A DNA stretch of 64,000 bases from Candidatus Altimarinota bacterium (GCA_039809385.1 JBDHUY010000010.1:1-64000); one strand, 5' to 3'. Shown: positions 9,403 through 19,945, counted from the stretch's first letter. The notes: generated by a model not told the origin, from the sequence alone. Made by a program: numbers and translations.

Positions 9403-11241
9403 ATGGAGGCACAACCTGTTCAGATCCCACCCGTAGTTTTGGCCCGCCCCTTTGATTCTGGTAATCGGGAAATACTAACCGGTCAACCAGCAGTTCTCAA
9501 TCTGACAACCGCTACGCACGAACAAATCGCTCAAACGGCTCGTAGTCAGGTATCTGCCTACCGTACAACAGGCGTCATGCCCGTGATTCGGGTAGCGTAT
9601 TCTAAACAGGATAATGGCCGAACATATACGGCGCCCGTTTCGAATAAGACTCAATCTACTCCAGAAAATCTAAAATCTGAACTCACTATTTCCAGTATAA
9701 AAAAATATAGGGAGGCAGCCTCTCTCGCCGTCGAAAAATTGAGAAACGAAACCGGGGATGCTCTTACTGCCTATAATGCCTTGAAGGATTTTCGCGAAAA
9801 AGTTTTGAATCCTCTCTATCTCAAAGAACCCGTTGTTGGGATAGAATCCTTGACGGAAGAACAGAAGCAAGACGTGAGCTATCAAAAGCTTAAAGATCTT
9901 TATGATGGTTACGTGAAGACCTATACAGACAATAAAGATAAAAAGCCTATTGTAGTTTCCGCGACATCAAATAAAAATGCTCTTCCGGTCGAAGAACAAG
10001 AGCTCTACGATCTGGATAATTTTTTACCCAGGAATCTTGTTGAAACATCCGAGAAAATTCTGGTTACGGAAGATCAGTTTGCCAATCATCAGGCTATCCA
10101 CTGTGTAGGAAAATCTCCGCAATTTGCCCGAATATTCATTGCTATTCTTCCTGATGGTCGGTGGTTGCTGTTATTAAATCAGAAAAAAGATCCAAAAACA
10201 GGGGGGTATGAGTTTGGGTATGTAGGGGCGGTTTCTCTCAAACCCGTGTCCGGTATTCCGGTCAAGGATCGGAAAAAAGTTCTCAAAGCTATCACATCTC
10301 AACTGAAAACAGTGAAGGACTATTGTACTGTCTATTTGCAACACGAGGAGGGCGGACAGAAAAAAGTACTGGATGTTTTTCAGAATTCCTGCTTGCCGAA
10401 CCTGCTTTCTTTTGCTGATCGTCAAACCTCCGGACGGTATGTTCCCATACAAAAATCTCTGAGTGAGCAAGATACTACTCCCTCTTCTGAGGATGCAAAC
10501 AACAACCTCGGATCAAAGGTATCTCAGACAAGAAAGCCGGATGCGAATAATGGAGCTGGCGATGACTCACCGGCGGATCAGACAACAACTACGGTTGCTG
10601 ATTCTTCCAAACCTACCTCATCTTCAGAAAAATTGGGGAAGAATACGCCCGAGACACCTCCCGATCCTGCATCATTTATTAATCTGGACCAGTTGGAAAA
10701 CGGTGACTGGATGAAACTTACCGAGAACGAACTTGCCGAGCGTCTCGGACTTGCTGTCAATTACATTTATTTGAATAATCCAGATATTTTTAAAGGCATA
10801 CAAAAGTTTCTGGTACTGGGAAAGATAGATAATAGCAAGGTCGTGATCGCTTGTACTTCCCTGGGGGGTTTTGATACTGATACAACCGGTTACTATAAAA
10901 AAGACGCTCCATGGAAAATCGTGGTGATCAATATGAAATCTTCCAAGCCTGTTCAGGAAGCTGCCGTCTATACCGATGGGGTATTTGATGATGCTGTTTC
11001 CAAACGTACTCTCGCGAATGTGGTTACTGGAAAATCTGTCATCGAGAATTTACAAAAGGGCAAAACGATCGCTAAGAAAAGTTGGGAACTAGTCGTGGGG
11101 CCAAATACTCAAGAAAGAAAAACTTCGGTTTTTAAAAGCAGTACAGGAGGCGATAGCCGCTATGACGCTCCTCGTTTTAATGGTTCTCCTTTTCCCGACA
11201 CAAATAAGAATATTACAATTATTGTCGATTTTCCCCGATAA
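9403..11241 (+). CDS. Hypothetical protein with a low-complexity S/T/D linker
   Basis: Long ORF; ATG 9403 preferred over TTG 9304; no recognisable motif. Confidence 0.7.
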   Translation: MEAQPVQIPPVVLARPFDSGNREILTGQPAVLNLTTATHEQIAQTARSQVSAYRTTGVMPVIRVAYSKQDNGRTYTAPVSNKTQSTPENLKSELTISSIKKYREAASLAVEKLRNETGDALTAYNALKDFREKVLNPLYLKEPVVGIESLTEEQKQDVSYQKLKDLYDGYVKTYTDNKDKKPIVVSATSNKNALPVEEQELYDLDNFLPRNLVETSEKILVTEDQFANHQAIHCVGKSPQFARIFIAILPDGRWLLLLNQKKDPKTGGYEFGYVGAVSLKPVSGIPVKDRKKVLKAITSQLKTVKDYCTVYLQHEEGGQKKVLDVFQNSCLPNLLSFADRQTSGRYVPIQKSLSEQDTTPSSEDANNNLGSKVSQTRKPDANNGAGDDSPADQTTTTVADSSKPTSSSEKLGKNTPETPPDPASFINLDQLENGDWMKLTENELAERLGLAVNYIYLNNPDIFKGIQKFLVLGKIDNSKVVIACTSLGGFDTDTTGYYKKDAPWKIVVINMKSSKPVQEAAVYTDGVFDDAVSKRTLANVVTGKSVIENLQKGKTIAKKSWELVVGPNTQERKTSVFKSSTGGDSRYDAPRFNGSPFPDTNKNITIIVDFPR

Positions 11242-11264
11242 TATACCTTTTTGCAGATTCTTTC

Positions 11265-12221
11265 TTATCGAGTCGCGGGAGGTATTCGGTATTTCCCCAC
11301 CACCCCGTAATGATCCGAGGCCGTTTGTGCGATGATGTTAAAATCAAGAGATTCTATGTCGGGAGAATGAAAAATGTAGTCGATCGGGACCATCATGAGC
11401 GTATTCCAGGCCGGGAAGGTAGGCGAGAGATTGTGACGACTGTCCAAAAGTCCGGTATGTTCTTTAAAAGCCGTCACTTGAGCAGCCCAGGGTACAATAT
11501 TGAAATCGCCGATCACCAGCGTAGTAGCATTCTGTCCCTTTACAAAATCGGCAATGTTTTCCAAATGCCGATTTCTGCCCTCATAGCGTTTTTCCGAAAC
11601 CGGCGAAAACGTATGTGAGGTCACGACCAGTATATCGGCTTTCGGTGTGGCGAGAGTCGCCGTAATATTGGGCAAATCCTGCCAATACTCTATTTTTGAT
11701 TGTTTTATCGGGAACTTGCTGAGCAGGATTACCCCGTAAAATCCGCGATAGTCCGTATCCTCCTGATAGACGATATATGGGTACTCTTTCCCCATTACCT
11801 CGCTCAAAATATCAATCCATTCGGTCGTTACTTCCTGAAACGATAAAATATCGGCCCCGCTGGCCCACGCCGCTCGTAACGTTTTTTCGTAATCGGTATT
11901 GGTGGCCAGGACGTTAAAATGCGCTACCGTCAGGTCTGGTTGTGTATTTGGCAGCGGCGCGGTCTTATGAAAATACGGCCATAAAAACGCCAGCAGCATT
12001 ACTATTCCCAGAATCGTTATTGCAGCTGCCAGGATTTTTTTTCGTAAGATCCATACAACGAGTAACCCTATATCGAGCAGCAGTATCTGCACGGCATACG
12101 ATTGCAGTATCCCAAACCAGAAGTTGTCGGGTGGCAGAAGAATTGCTCCCTGAAGCAGCAGGAACAGTGGAGCGTAGATGCCTTCCGAAAGAGTAATCTT
12201 TGGTTTTATACGGTTTTTCAT
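11265..12221 (-). CDS. Endonuclease/exonuclease/phosphatase family membrane protein
   Basis: N-terminal TM helices; HFNV, FQEV, IGDFN, IDYIF and SDH motifs. Confidence 0.9.
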   Translation of the reverse strand: MKNRIKPKITLSEGIYAPLFLLLQGAILLPPDNFWFGILQSYAVQILLLDIGLLVVWILRKKILAAAITILGIVMLLAFLWPYFHKTAPLPNTQPDLTVAHFNVLATNTDYEKTLRAAWASGADILSFQEVTTEWIDILSEVMGKEYPYIVYQEDTDYRGFYGVILLSKFPIKQSKIEYWQDLPNITATLATPKADILVVTSHTFSPVSEKRYEGRNRHLENIADFVKGQNATTLVIGDFNIVPWAAQVTAFKEHTGLLDSRHNLSPTFPAWNTLMMVPIDYIFHSPDIESLDFNIIAQTASDHYGVVGKYRIPPATR

Positions 12222-12288
12222 GCAAATTCTAAAGTGTTTAAACCAGAATGCATTTGCTTTGCGTGTTACGGAAGTTTCACCCGGTAGC

Positions 12289-13704
12289 TTATGCCTGTCC
12301 GTTCTTCCAGTCGGTATGAAACGTCCCGGGTCGGTCGTTCCTCTGATAGGTGTGCGCTCCGAAATAATCTCGTAAGCCCTGAATGAAATTGGCCGGCAGT
12401 ATTTTTGCGGTCATGCTTTCTATATATCCTAAGCTGCTGGAGAAGCACAAAGCGGGGACGCCTCCCTCGGCCATACTGGCAACGACCAAACGCAGGTGAG
12501 AAAGTTTTTCCCGCACCGTAGTACCCATTGGTTCGGTAGCAAAAAGATGACTGTTTTTTTGATGTGAGCTGCGGTAACTGTCTTCGATATCCTCCAATAA
12601 TTTTGCGCGGATGATACAGCCGCCCTGCCAAATACGGACAATTTCGGACAGCTCGATCTCCCATTCTTCCTCGCGGGCGGCCTGTTCGATAAGATCGAAT
12701 CCCTGGGCGTAGCACGAGATAATGCTTAGCAAGAGGGCGTCTTCCAGAGCCGGAATGATATCATGCAGGTCTTTATGATGGAGACGATAGTCTTTGCGGA
12801 ATACATGGTTTAGCCCGATCCGGCGTTCTTTTTGCGCGGAGATAAAGCGCATATTGACGGCTTCGGTGATCGTCGGAATCGCCACGCCCCGGTTGAGCGC
12901 ATCCAGCGACGTCCATTTCCCCGTACCCTTTTGTGCCGCGGTATCGAGTATGTTATCTACCAAGTAGCCTGGTTCTTCGTCATCTTTTTTTTGCAATACC
13001 TCAACCGCGATATCGCAAAGATAAGAGTTTAAGCTGCGTTGGCCGAATTGTCGAAAAATATCCGCGATCTGCGGAGCATCCAACCCGCAACCTTGACGCA
13101 AAAAATCGTATGCTTCGGCCATGACGCCCATAATTCCGTATTCGATACCGTTGTGGACCATTTTCACATAATGACCAGCTCCGTTTCCGCCGATGTAGGA
13201 TACGCACGCGCCGTCGTGGAAATCCCGGGCTGCAATCGTTTCGAACATGGGGCGAACCAGCATCCAGGCTTTTTGGCTACCCCCGGGCATCATGCTCGGG
13301 CCCCTAAGCGCTCCCTCTGCTCCACCCGAGACGCCGCAGCCCAGGAATTGAATGTTGGCGGCTTTCAGCGCTAAAAATCGACGCTGGGTGTCGGCAAAAA
13401 ACGAATTCCCGCAGTCGATCAGTACATCTTCGGCAGTCAGAAAAGGAATCAGTTCCTCGATCACCGCATCTACCGGGTGCCCGGCCTCGACCATGATAAT
13501 AATTTTGCGCGGAAGCGAGAGCGAATCTACAAAATCTTTCAGTTCATAATAGGGATACAGCCGTTCATGCGCATAGCGTTCGATAAAATCGCTGGTTTTG
13601 GTTCCCGTACGATTATATACGGCTGTCGCATAACCATGATTTGCCAGATTACGAGCCAGATTGGCTCCCATGGTACCGAGTCCGATAAGGCCGATGTCGT
13701 GCAT
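12289..13704 (-). CDS. gnd: NADP-dependent 6-phosphogluconate dehydrogenase
   Basis: GLIGLGTMG, GVSGGAEGA, GHYVKMVHNGIEYG and QGLRDYFGAHTY. Confidence 0.97.
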   Translation of the reverse strand: MHDIGLIGLGTMGANLARNLANHGYATAVYNRTGTKTSDFIERYAHERLYPYYELKDFVDSLSLPRKIIIMVEAGHPVDAVIEELIPFLTAEDVLIDCGNSFFADTQRRFLALKAANIQFLGCGVSGGAEGALRGPSMMPGGSQKAWMLVRPMFETIAARDFHDGACVSYIGGNGAGHYVKMVHNGIEYGIMGVMAEAYDFLRQGCGLDAPQIADIFRQFGQRSLNSYLCDIAVEVLQKKDDEEPGYLVDNILDTAAQKGTGKWTSLDALNRGVAIPTITEAVNMRFISAQKERRIGLNHVFRKDYRLHHKDLHDIIPALEDALLLSIISCYAQGFDLIEQAAREEEWEIELSEIVRIWQGGCIIRAKLLEDIEDSYRSSHQKNSHLFATEPMGTTVREKLSHLRLVVASMAEGGVPALCFSSSLGYIESMTAKILPANFIQGLRDYFGAHTYQRNDRPGTFHTDWKNGQA

Positions 13705-13852
13705 GATGCTGGTTGGGTTAGGCTAATAAAGACCAGAACTGAATTTTGCTATGCTGAAAATGTACCCGAACTCTATGCCAAGATCAAGCGGCGTGCTCGA
13801 GGAATGCTGCTGGATGGAAAATGCCGGTATATTTTTTGAATAGATCTTTCTA

Positions 13853-14338
13853 TCAATCTATTGTTTCGACAAGTTTTATTCTGGCATCACTCTGTTTCAG
13901 CGATCCCAATTGTTCCAGCATATCCTGTTTATAATCGCGCCAATCTGCGCTATTGTCAAAGCTCTGGCGCAGTCTTTTTAAGTAGGCAGGGCTTCCCGAT
14001 TCGTAGAAAAACTTGACTAGCCAGCCGCGTATTTCTCGGGTAATGCCTCGTTTTATGGCCAGGGAAAGTGCCTGTTTTTCGAATTTCTTTTTGAGATTGT
14101 TATTTTGTTCTTTCTGCGAAAGAGCGATCCCGCGTGTCGTCAGACTTCCGGCTGCAACGTAGTTTTTGTGCCGAATGTAACTTCGCAATAGAGTATAGAT
14201 ATTTTCGGCGCTATTGAGATCCCGGACTGAGGATACTTCGCTTACCGTGAGGGTATCTTTCTTTAATTTCCCCGATGTTTGAAAGGTGGTTCTTTTGCTC
14301 GAAGCCTTTTGGGCAGGTTTCCTTCTAGTATAAGACAT
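13853..14338 (-). CDS. Hypothetical basic protein
   Basis: ORF overlaps the proB stop by 14 nt; no motif recognised. Confidence 0.5.
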   Translation of the reverse strand: MSYTRRKPAQKASSKRTTFQTSGKLKKDTLTVSEVSSVRDLNSAENIYTLLRSYIRHKNYVAAGSLTTRGIALSQKEQNNNLKKKFEKQALSLAIKRGITREIRGWLVKFFYESGSPAYLKRLRQSFDNSADWRDYKQDMLEQLGSLKQSDARIKLVETID

Positions 14339-15410
14339 ACAGGTAATCGTAATGGACCAATGGCTTTTTATTACGTTTCCCTTGATACTGTTTGGCTGTT
14401 TTATAGCCGTACTGGGCTAGTCCGAGGGCGATTTTTTTGTGTTCGGGGGTATAAATTCCGACCAGATCTCCCCGCTGGAAATTTCCCTCGATGGCGGTCA
14501 CTCCGACCGGGAGGAGGCTGCGGATCGAATCTGGTGATACCAGGAGCCTCACCGCTCCGGCGTCGACTGTGATTTTTCCTTTCTCTTGATCATTATTGTA
14601 AGCTAGCCATTTTTTCACATTACTGGCTTTCCGTTTAGGAACGAATCGGGTGCCGTCTTTTCTATTTTCCAACAAAGCAGGTAAGATACCGGATTTCTTG
14701 CCGTTGGCGATCACGACTTCGATACCGAGTCTGGCCAATTTTGAGGCCATGGTCGCTTTGGTCAGCATCCCGCCGCGTCCGAAGCTGGATCTCTCGGCGC
14801 TGATACCCTGGCGGTATTGCGGATTGTCGGTCTCGATAGTGTGGATCAGTGTGCTGTCTTTTTCCGTCGGCGGGCCGGTAAAAATGCCGTCGACGTTCGA
14901 GAGAATAATGAGTTTGGAAACGTTCAGCATGCCCGAGACGAGGGTGGCCAGTTCGTCGTTATCGGTAAACATGAGTTCGGTGATCGCCACTGCATCGTTT
15001 TCGTTGATAATGGGAATAATACCGTTCATCAGGAGGTTCTCGAGACACGAGCGCATATTGAGATAGTGGTTGCGGTCCCGGAAATCTTCTTTGGTGACGA
15101 GGATCTGGGCGATCTGTTTCTGGTGCTTTTTGAAAATAGTGCTGTACTCGTTCATCAGTCCGACCTGTCCGACCGAGGCCAGCACTTGCCGGCGTGCTAT
15201 TTCGTCGGTAAACGTAAGATGCGACAGGCTTTCCCGGCCGGCGGCGACGGCTCCGGAGGAAACTAACACGATCTGATATCCGTTTTTTGTTACATCTGAT
15301 ACCTGCTTGCACAGCGAGCGCATGGTGTCGGTATCCAGGGTTTTGTCCGGGTTCATCAGAACGTTGGAGCCGATTTTGATGACGAGGCGATTCTTCATTA
15401 TAGGTTCCAT
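14325..15410 (-). CDS. proB: Glutamate 5-kinase with PUA domain
   Basis: VIKIGSNV, VSSGAVAAG, INENDAV, DNDELA, GRGGMLTK and a PUA domain (SLLPVGV). Confidence 0.95.
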   Translation of the reverse strand: MEPIMKNRLVIKIGSNVLMNPDKTLDTDTMRSLCKQVSDVTKNGYQIVLVSSGAVAAGRESLSHLTFTDEIARRQVLASVGQVGLMNEYSTIFKKHQKQIAQILVTKEDFRDRNHYLNMRSCLENLLMNGIIPIINENDAVAITELMFTDNDELATLVSGMLNVSKLIILSNVDGIFTGPPTEKDSTLIHTIETDNPQYRQGISAERSSFGRGGMLTKATMASKLARLGIEVVIANGKKSGILPALLENRKDGTRFVPKRKASNVKKWLAYNNDQEKGKITVDAGAVRLLVSPDSIRSLLPVGVTAIEGNFQRGDLVGIYTPEHKKIALGLAQYGYKTAKQYQGKRNKKPLVHYDYLYVLY

Positions 15411-15453
15411 AGGGGATAGTACGTTGTTATTTCTTTGATTTCTCTCTCATTGA

Positions 15454-15852
15454 TTATTCGCGTTTTTTATCTTCATATAGTTCAATAGGCAGTCCGTCGG
15501 GATCGGCCAAAAATGTGAAACGTTGCCCTGTCAGTTCGTCGATTCGTATGGGTTCCACAGCTACGCCTTTTTCTTCTAAAAAACGTATCGTATCATCCAG
15601 ATTCTCTACGGCAAAAGCAAGATGGCGTAGTCCGCAGCTTTCCGGATAGGAGGGGCGTTGCGGAGGATTGGGAAAAGAGAAAAGTTCGATCTGGGTAGTT
15701 TCGTTCACTTTGAGATCAAGTTTATAGGAATCGCGTGCGCTACGGTATGTTTCGCGGATGATTTGAAATCCCAAAATTTCGGTATAAAACTTTTTCGAGA
15801 CCTCGTAGTTGGAAGCGATGATGGCGATGTGGTGGAGGCGGTTGAACTGCAT
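15454..15852 (-). CDS. VOC/glyoxalase family protein (YaeR/YwkD-like)
   Basis: LHHIAII, GLRHLAF and FLADPDGLPIELYE. Confidence 0.92.
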   Translation of the reverse strand: MQFNRLHHIAIIASNYEVSKKFYTEILGFQIIRETYRSARDSYKLDLKVNETTQIELFSFPNPPQRPSYPESCGLRHLAFAVENLDDTIRFLEEKGVAVEPIRIDELTGQRFTFLADPDGLPIELYEDKKRE

Positions 15853-15882
15853 GAATAGCGTTAATCTTTATCGGAATTTATC

Positions 15883-17511
15883 CTACTTATTCTCTCTCTT
15901 GCGATCAAGGGGAATACCCGCGGCTCGGAGAGCGGCTTCATGTTCTTTGGAAAGTCTTGCATATCCACGCATTGGTTTGCTTTGAGCAACTAATTGCTCA
16001 TTTCGGTAACCTGATCCCCAGCTCTCTATACTTCTGCCTAATCTTTTTTCTGCTTGATTGGGAGAATATCTACTGGGCCAATGACCGTTTTCCTGGAAAA
16101 AGTTTAGACAGGCATTAAAATCTCGCTGAAATTTCTCTTCCGCTTCTGCTTTTGTATCGAGGATAATGCCGATATCCAGAATAGCTTTTGCGTGTTCTTC
16201 GGAGAGTCTCTTCGTTCCAACCATCGGTTCCCCCCGATCAAGTAATTGTTTATTTCGCCAACCCGCTCTCCATTGACTTATTTGTATATATAACCTCATT
16301 TCTTCCTTCTCAGTAGAACGACCACTAGGCCAATGGCCCTTTCTCCGGAAAAATTCTAGACAAGCGAGTAAATTTTGCCAAAATCTCTGTTCGGCCTCTG
16401 CTTTGGTATCGAGGATAATGCCGATAGCCAGAATAGCGTTTTCATGCTCTTTGGAAAGTATTGCATATCTACGTATTGGCTTTTGTTGAGCAATTAATTG
16501 CTTATTTCGATAACCTTCTCTCCAGCCATTGATTTTTTTACCTAATCTGTATTCTTCTTCTTTATTAGAGTCCGAACTTGGCCAACGACCATGTAATTCT
16601 TTGAATTGAATGAGCGTATGGAGCCATTCTTCAAAAGTACGTCGATTCCTCTTGTTTGTTTGCTGTTGTTGACTGGGGTTATTCATCAGATGATACATCA
16701 GTCTGGCTCTCCAGCTGCTTTCGTCTTCTGTCATCGGAAACCACCCTATCCTGGGAATGCCAAGATTGTCTGGATTCTGTTTCGCCTGCTCGGCCATGGC
16801 TCGGAGGTCTTCTATTTTATGACTGGTAGCTTGCTGTTGCCAACCTTCCAGTGGAACGATATACGTGGCATTGCTATACGAGTTACAGACAAACACGCAT
16901 TTCCCGAAACTGGGAAAGAGCACGGCAAAATAGGGTTGTGTCTCGCTCCTGCTCTGCAGATTTGAAACAAAGAAATGCTCTTTGGGGTCAAACTGTTTGT
17001 CCAGTTTTCTGGCAATGTCGAGGGCCCATACCAGCCGCGGCCAGTCTTGCTTGATTGCTTCGTATGTTTCATGCTCGGTATCGTTTCCTGAAGTAACCGC
17101 TCGTTCCCCGGGCGGAAGTATTTCGCTTGAAAAGATTTGTGCATGAGGGAGAGGATAAGGACGACTGTTTTCGAGCGATCGCCAAGTCTCAAGAAGTCCA
17201 TGTCTATAGCGATCTATTGTCTCATCTATCGTAGTTTCTTTTCTATGAAGTATTGTTAATACTTCCTGTTGGATATGGCTACAGGCATATTCTAACTTTT
17301 CTCTCCCACGGTCCAGGTTCTCATCTCGTTGAGCGCCCTCAAAAAAAGGCAGCATTTCCAGAACAATATCTTCCCGAAGTATCGGATGTAGTGTATCTAT
17401 GTTCATCTTCGTGGCTTTCAGCAATCCTTGAAATTCGGTCAGATTACAAGTTGCCAGAAGACCATCTAGCGAGTCTTCTTCCGCAGGATTTCTTTGATTT
17501 ATATAACTCAT
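15883..17511 (-). CDS. Protein with three C-terminal helicase-associated (HA)-like repeats
   Basis: Three ~84-aa units F..xGxWPS...E.RLG..I..WR.GYRN; DNA-level similarity near 16144 and 16397; start could be 17553. Confidence 0.7.
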   Translation of the reverse strand: MSYINQRNPAEEDSLDGLLATCNLTEFQGLLKATKMNIDTLHPILREDIVLEMLPFFEGAQRDENLDRGREKLEYACSHIQQEVLTILHRKETTIDETIDRYRHGLLETWRSLENSRPYPLPHAQIFSSEILPPGERAVTSGNDTEHETYEAIKQDWPRLVWALDIARKLDKQFDPKEHFFVSNLQSRSETQPYFAVLFPSFGKCVFVCNSYSNATYIVPLEGWQQQATSHKIEDLRAMAEQAKQNPDNLGIPRIGWFPMTEDESSWRARLMYHLMNNPSQQQQTNKRNRRTFEEWLHTLIQFKELHGRWPSSDSNKEEEYRLGKKINGWREGYRNKQLIAQQKPIRRYAILSKEHENAILAIGIILDTKAEAEQRFWQNLLACLEFFRRKGHWPSGRSTEKEEMRLYIQISQWRAGWRNKQLLDRGEPMVGTKRLSEEHAKAILDIGIILDTKAEAEEKFQRDFNACLNFFQENGHWPSRYSPNQAEKRLGRSIESWGSGYRNEQLVAQSKPMRGYARLSKEHEAALRAAGIPLDRKRENK

Positions 17512-17626
17512 TTCTAAAAAACGATTAGCTAAGTAGTACCTGATTTTAGGCAACTAAAAATAGTTGTCAAATTGTTATTCCACGTTGCAGCATCGTTTTT
17601 TGCCAAGTCAATTTATTCTAAAACAC

Positions 17627-17659
17627 AAAAAAAGGCCGCACATAGTGCTGGCCTTTCTT
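17627..17659 (-). terminator. Intrinsic terminator after the racemase gene
   Basis: Minus strand AAAGGCC-AGCACTATGTGC-GGCCTTTTTTT. Confidence 0.65.
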
Positions 17660-17693
17660 GGTAGTTATGTGGTTGCATGCATATCTTTCGATT

Positions 17694-18404
17694 TCAGCTT
17701 TTCATATCAGATAATGCAAACTCCACCGCCTTATCCGCGTGAATTCTGGTCGTATCAAACACCGGAACACCGCTGTCTGTCTGGTTAACCAGCAGCATGA
17801 TTTCGGTACATCCCAGGATGATCCCTTCCGCACCCCGGTCAATCATATCTTGCATAATCCGCCGATACTCCTGGCGCGATTCTACTTTGATCTGATTGAG
17901 ACACAACTCGTCGTAAATAATCTCATGAACGATATTCCGATCTGCTTCATGTGGCGTCAATACCTCCAGTCCGTACTTCTGTTCCAAACGTCCTTTATAA
18001 AAATCCTCCTCCATCGTGAATTTAGTGCCGAGCAATCCGATCTTTTTAAATCCCAGCTTTTGTATCATTTCGGCAGTAGCGTCGGCGATGTGCAGCAATG
18101 GAATTGGCACAGCGGCTTGCACTTGATCCGCCATCTTGTGCATCGTATTCGTGCAGATTATCACGCAATCGGCTCCAGCTTTTTCGAGTCGTTGTGCGAG
18201 CTTGATCATGGTATCGGTCAACTCTTCCCAGCGCCCCTTGTGTTGCAGTTTCTCGACCACTTCAAAATCAACTGATACTAATACAAGTTCAGCTGAATGA
18301 TTACCGCCCAAGCGTTCATTTACTCCTGTGTTAATAATTTCGTGATATTGTTGAGACGATGGCCATGCCATACCGCCAATAAGTCCTATGGTTTTCATAA
18401 GCAT
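17694..18404 (-). CDS. Aspartate/glutamate racemase family protein (RacX/YgeA-like)
   Basis: IGLIGGM, ICTNTMH, GLLGTKFTM and ILGCTEI (two catalytic Cys). Confidence 0.93.
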   Translation of the reverse strand: MLMKTIGLIGGMAWPSSQQYHEIINTGVNERLGGNHSAELVLVSVDFEVVEKLQHKGRWEELTDTMIKLAQRLEKAGADCVIICTNTMHKMADQVQAAVPIPLLHIADATAEMIQKLGFKKIGLLGTKFTMEEDFYKGRLEQKYGLEVLTPHEADRNIVHEIIYDELCLNQIKVESRQEYRRIMQDMIDRGAEGIILGCTEIMLLVNQTDSGVPVFDTTRIHADKAVEFALSDMKS

Positions 18405-18455
18405 TTGTGCTAAAAAGGTAAAACTTCGATGCTGAAGAAGCAGATGTATAGTCCC

Positions 18456-19769
18456 CTAAGGGACGACATTTGTACCCTCAACCAGTAATTTTTTCGTAAT
18501 ATTTTTACTCAGTTCCACTCCCGGTTGGTCGAACGCGTCGATGTCATAGAGTTCGCCGAGAAAAGCGGTAGCTCCCTCAAACAGCATGAAGAGCTCTCCC
18601 AGCACAAACGGCGAAACTTCGGGGATTTTGATCGTGATGTTCGGGCGGTCGTTTTGGGTCAGGGCTCCTTCAGTACCGGCTTTTTCAATATTGAGGAGTT
18701 CATTAAACGAGGTGTTTTTCAGATATGCCACACTTTCGTCATCAGACAAATACGGGATTTTTAACGGTTCTCCCAGATTTGCTACTTCGATAAACAGAAA
18801 GAACTTGTCGTTGGGCCCCTCATTATAGAGTTGCAGCTGGGAGTGCTGGTCAGTGGCACCGAGTGCATTCACAGGAGTTAATCCGACGTGCACGACTTCG
18901 CTCTTGCGGTTCATCTTTTTGCCGATGCTCTCGGCCAATAACTGGCGGTACCAGTCGGCGAATCGGATCAGTTTTTGAGAATAGGGGATCAGTACATTGA
19001 TTGATTTTCCTTTTTTAGACAACAAATACTGCATGACAGCCAGCTGATAGGGGAGGTTTTCAGAAAAACTTTCCGACAAAAAACGGTCGCGCATACTACG
19101 TGCGCCTTCTAAAAGCTTTTCAATATCAATTCCAATCAGCGCAGCTGGGAGCAGTCCGACGCTGGTGAGTACCGAAAACCGTCCTCCCACAGTAGCAGGC
19201 ACGTCAAAGGCAGCGATTCCTTTTTCGCGCGAAATCTTGCGTAATAGTCCTTTTTCCGGATCGGTGACAAACACAAAGTAGTTTTTAGAATCCAGGCCTT
19301 TTTGTTTGTAACGATCTTCAAAATAGAAATACTGAGAAAGTGTTTCAGGCGTGCCGCCGGATTTTGTAACGACGAGAAAGAGCGTCTTTTCATAATCGAT
19401 TACATCCTCTATCTCGCGCATCAAGGCGGGATCGATATTATCCAGGACGTGGAGGCGGGGCCATTCGGTCTTTTTTAATTCATGTTCAAACAGATGCTTC
19501 AGGCTTTGCTGTAGACATATAGTGCCAAGAGAAGACCCGCCGATTCCGAGAACGATGATATCGTTAAATTTCCCCTTTGTCTGGAGATAAAATTCATGAA
19601 TTCTGTTTACAGCGGTAACGTCGTCGATGACCTTGTAAAAGTCTTGATCGAGCTGTAAAAAATTATCGAGATATACTTTTAGACCATTCGCATATTGTTC
19701 CATCTCGCTTGTGCTCAAACCGTGCTCTGGGATGACTTTTTCCAGATTTGTCGTGTCTAGTGTGATCAT
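18456..19769 (-). CDS. pgi: Glucose-6-phosphate isomerase
   Basis: LGIGGSSLG, TKSGGTPET, VGGRFSV, DQHSQLQLY and FDQPGVELSK. Confidence 0.96.
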   Translation of the reverse strand: MITLDTTNLEKVIPEHGLSTSEMEQYANGLKVYLDNFLQLDQDFYKVIDDVTAVNRIHEFYLQTKGKFNDIIVLGIGGSSLGTICLQQSLKHLFEHELKKTEWPRLHVLDNIDPALMREIEDVIDYEKTLFLVVTKSGGTPETLSQYFYFEDRYKQKGLDSKNYFVFVTDPEKGLLRKISREKGIAAFDVPATVGGRFSVLTSVGLLPAALIGIDIEKLLEGARSMRDRFLSESFSENLPYQLAVMQYLLSKKGKSINVLIPYSQKLIRFADWYRQLLAESIGKKMNRKSEVVHVGLTPVNALGATDQHSQLQLYNEGPNDKFFLFIEVANLGEPLKIPYLSDDESVAYLKNTSFNELLNIEKAGTEGALTQNDRPNITIKIPEVSPFVLGELFMLFEGATAFLGELYDIDAFDQPGVELSKNITKKLLVEGTNVVP

Positions 19770-19856
19770 GGTACTTCTGTTATTGCGAGTTATGGATAAC
19801 ATCAGCGTGTAGTATAAAAGATGCAGCCTCTCCAGAGCAATATGAAAAATTTATCC

Positions 19857-19945
19857 ACAAAAATAGCTCACCCAGCGGGCAAACCATTTTTGTTGACAGC
19901 GGGAGTGTTTGAACCGTCTGCTAACACTGAACACTCGTCTTTACA
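19857..19945 (-). ncRNA. Candidate ~90-nt structured small RNA (pseudoknot-like) with its own promoter and terminator
   Basis: TTTACT-N18-TATAAT at 19980-19951; interleaved stems 19891-19902/19914-19926 and 19903-19909/19930-19936; G-U-rich hairpin with U-tract at 19859-19890. Confidence 0.4.

Noticed and set aside
19851-19859. Perfect DnaA box TTATCCACA as a replication origin
   Set aside because: There is only one perfect box plus one near match, with no cluster and no dnaA or dnaN nearby
19891-19945. tRNA or tmRNA 3' end (GGTTCAAAC...CCCGC)
   Set aside because: No proper T-arm geometry, acceptor stem or CCA; kept only as an unknown structured RNA
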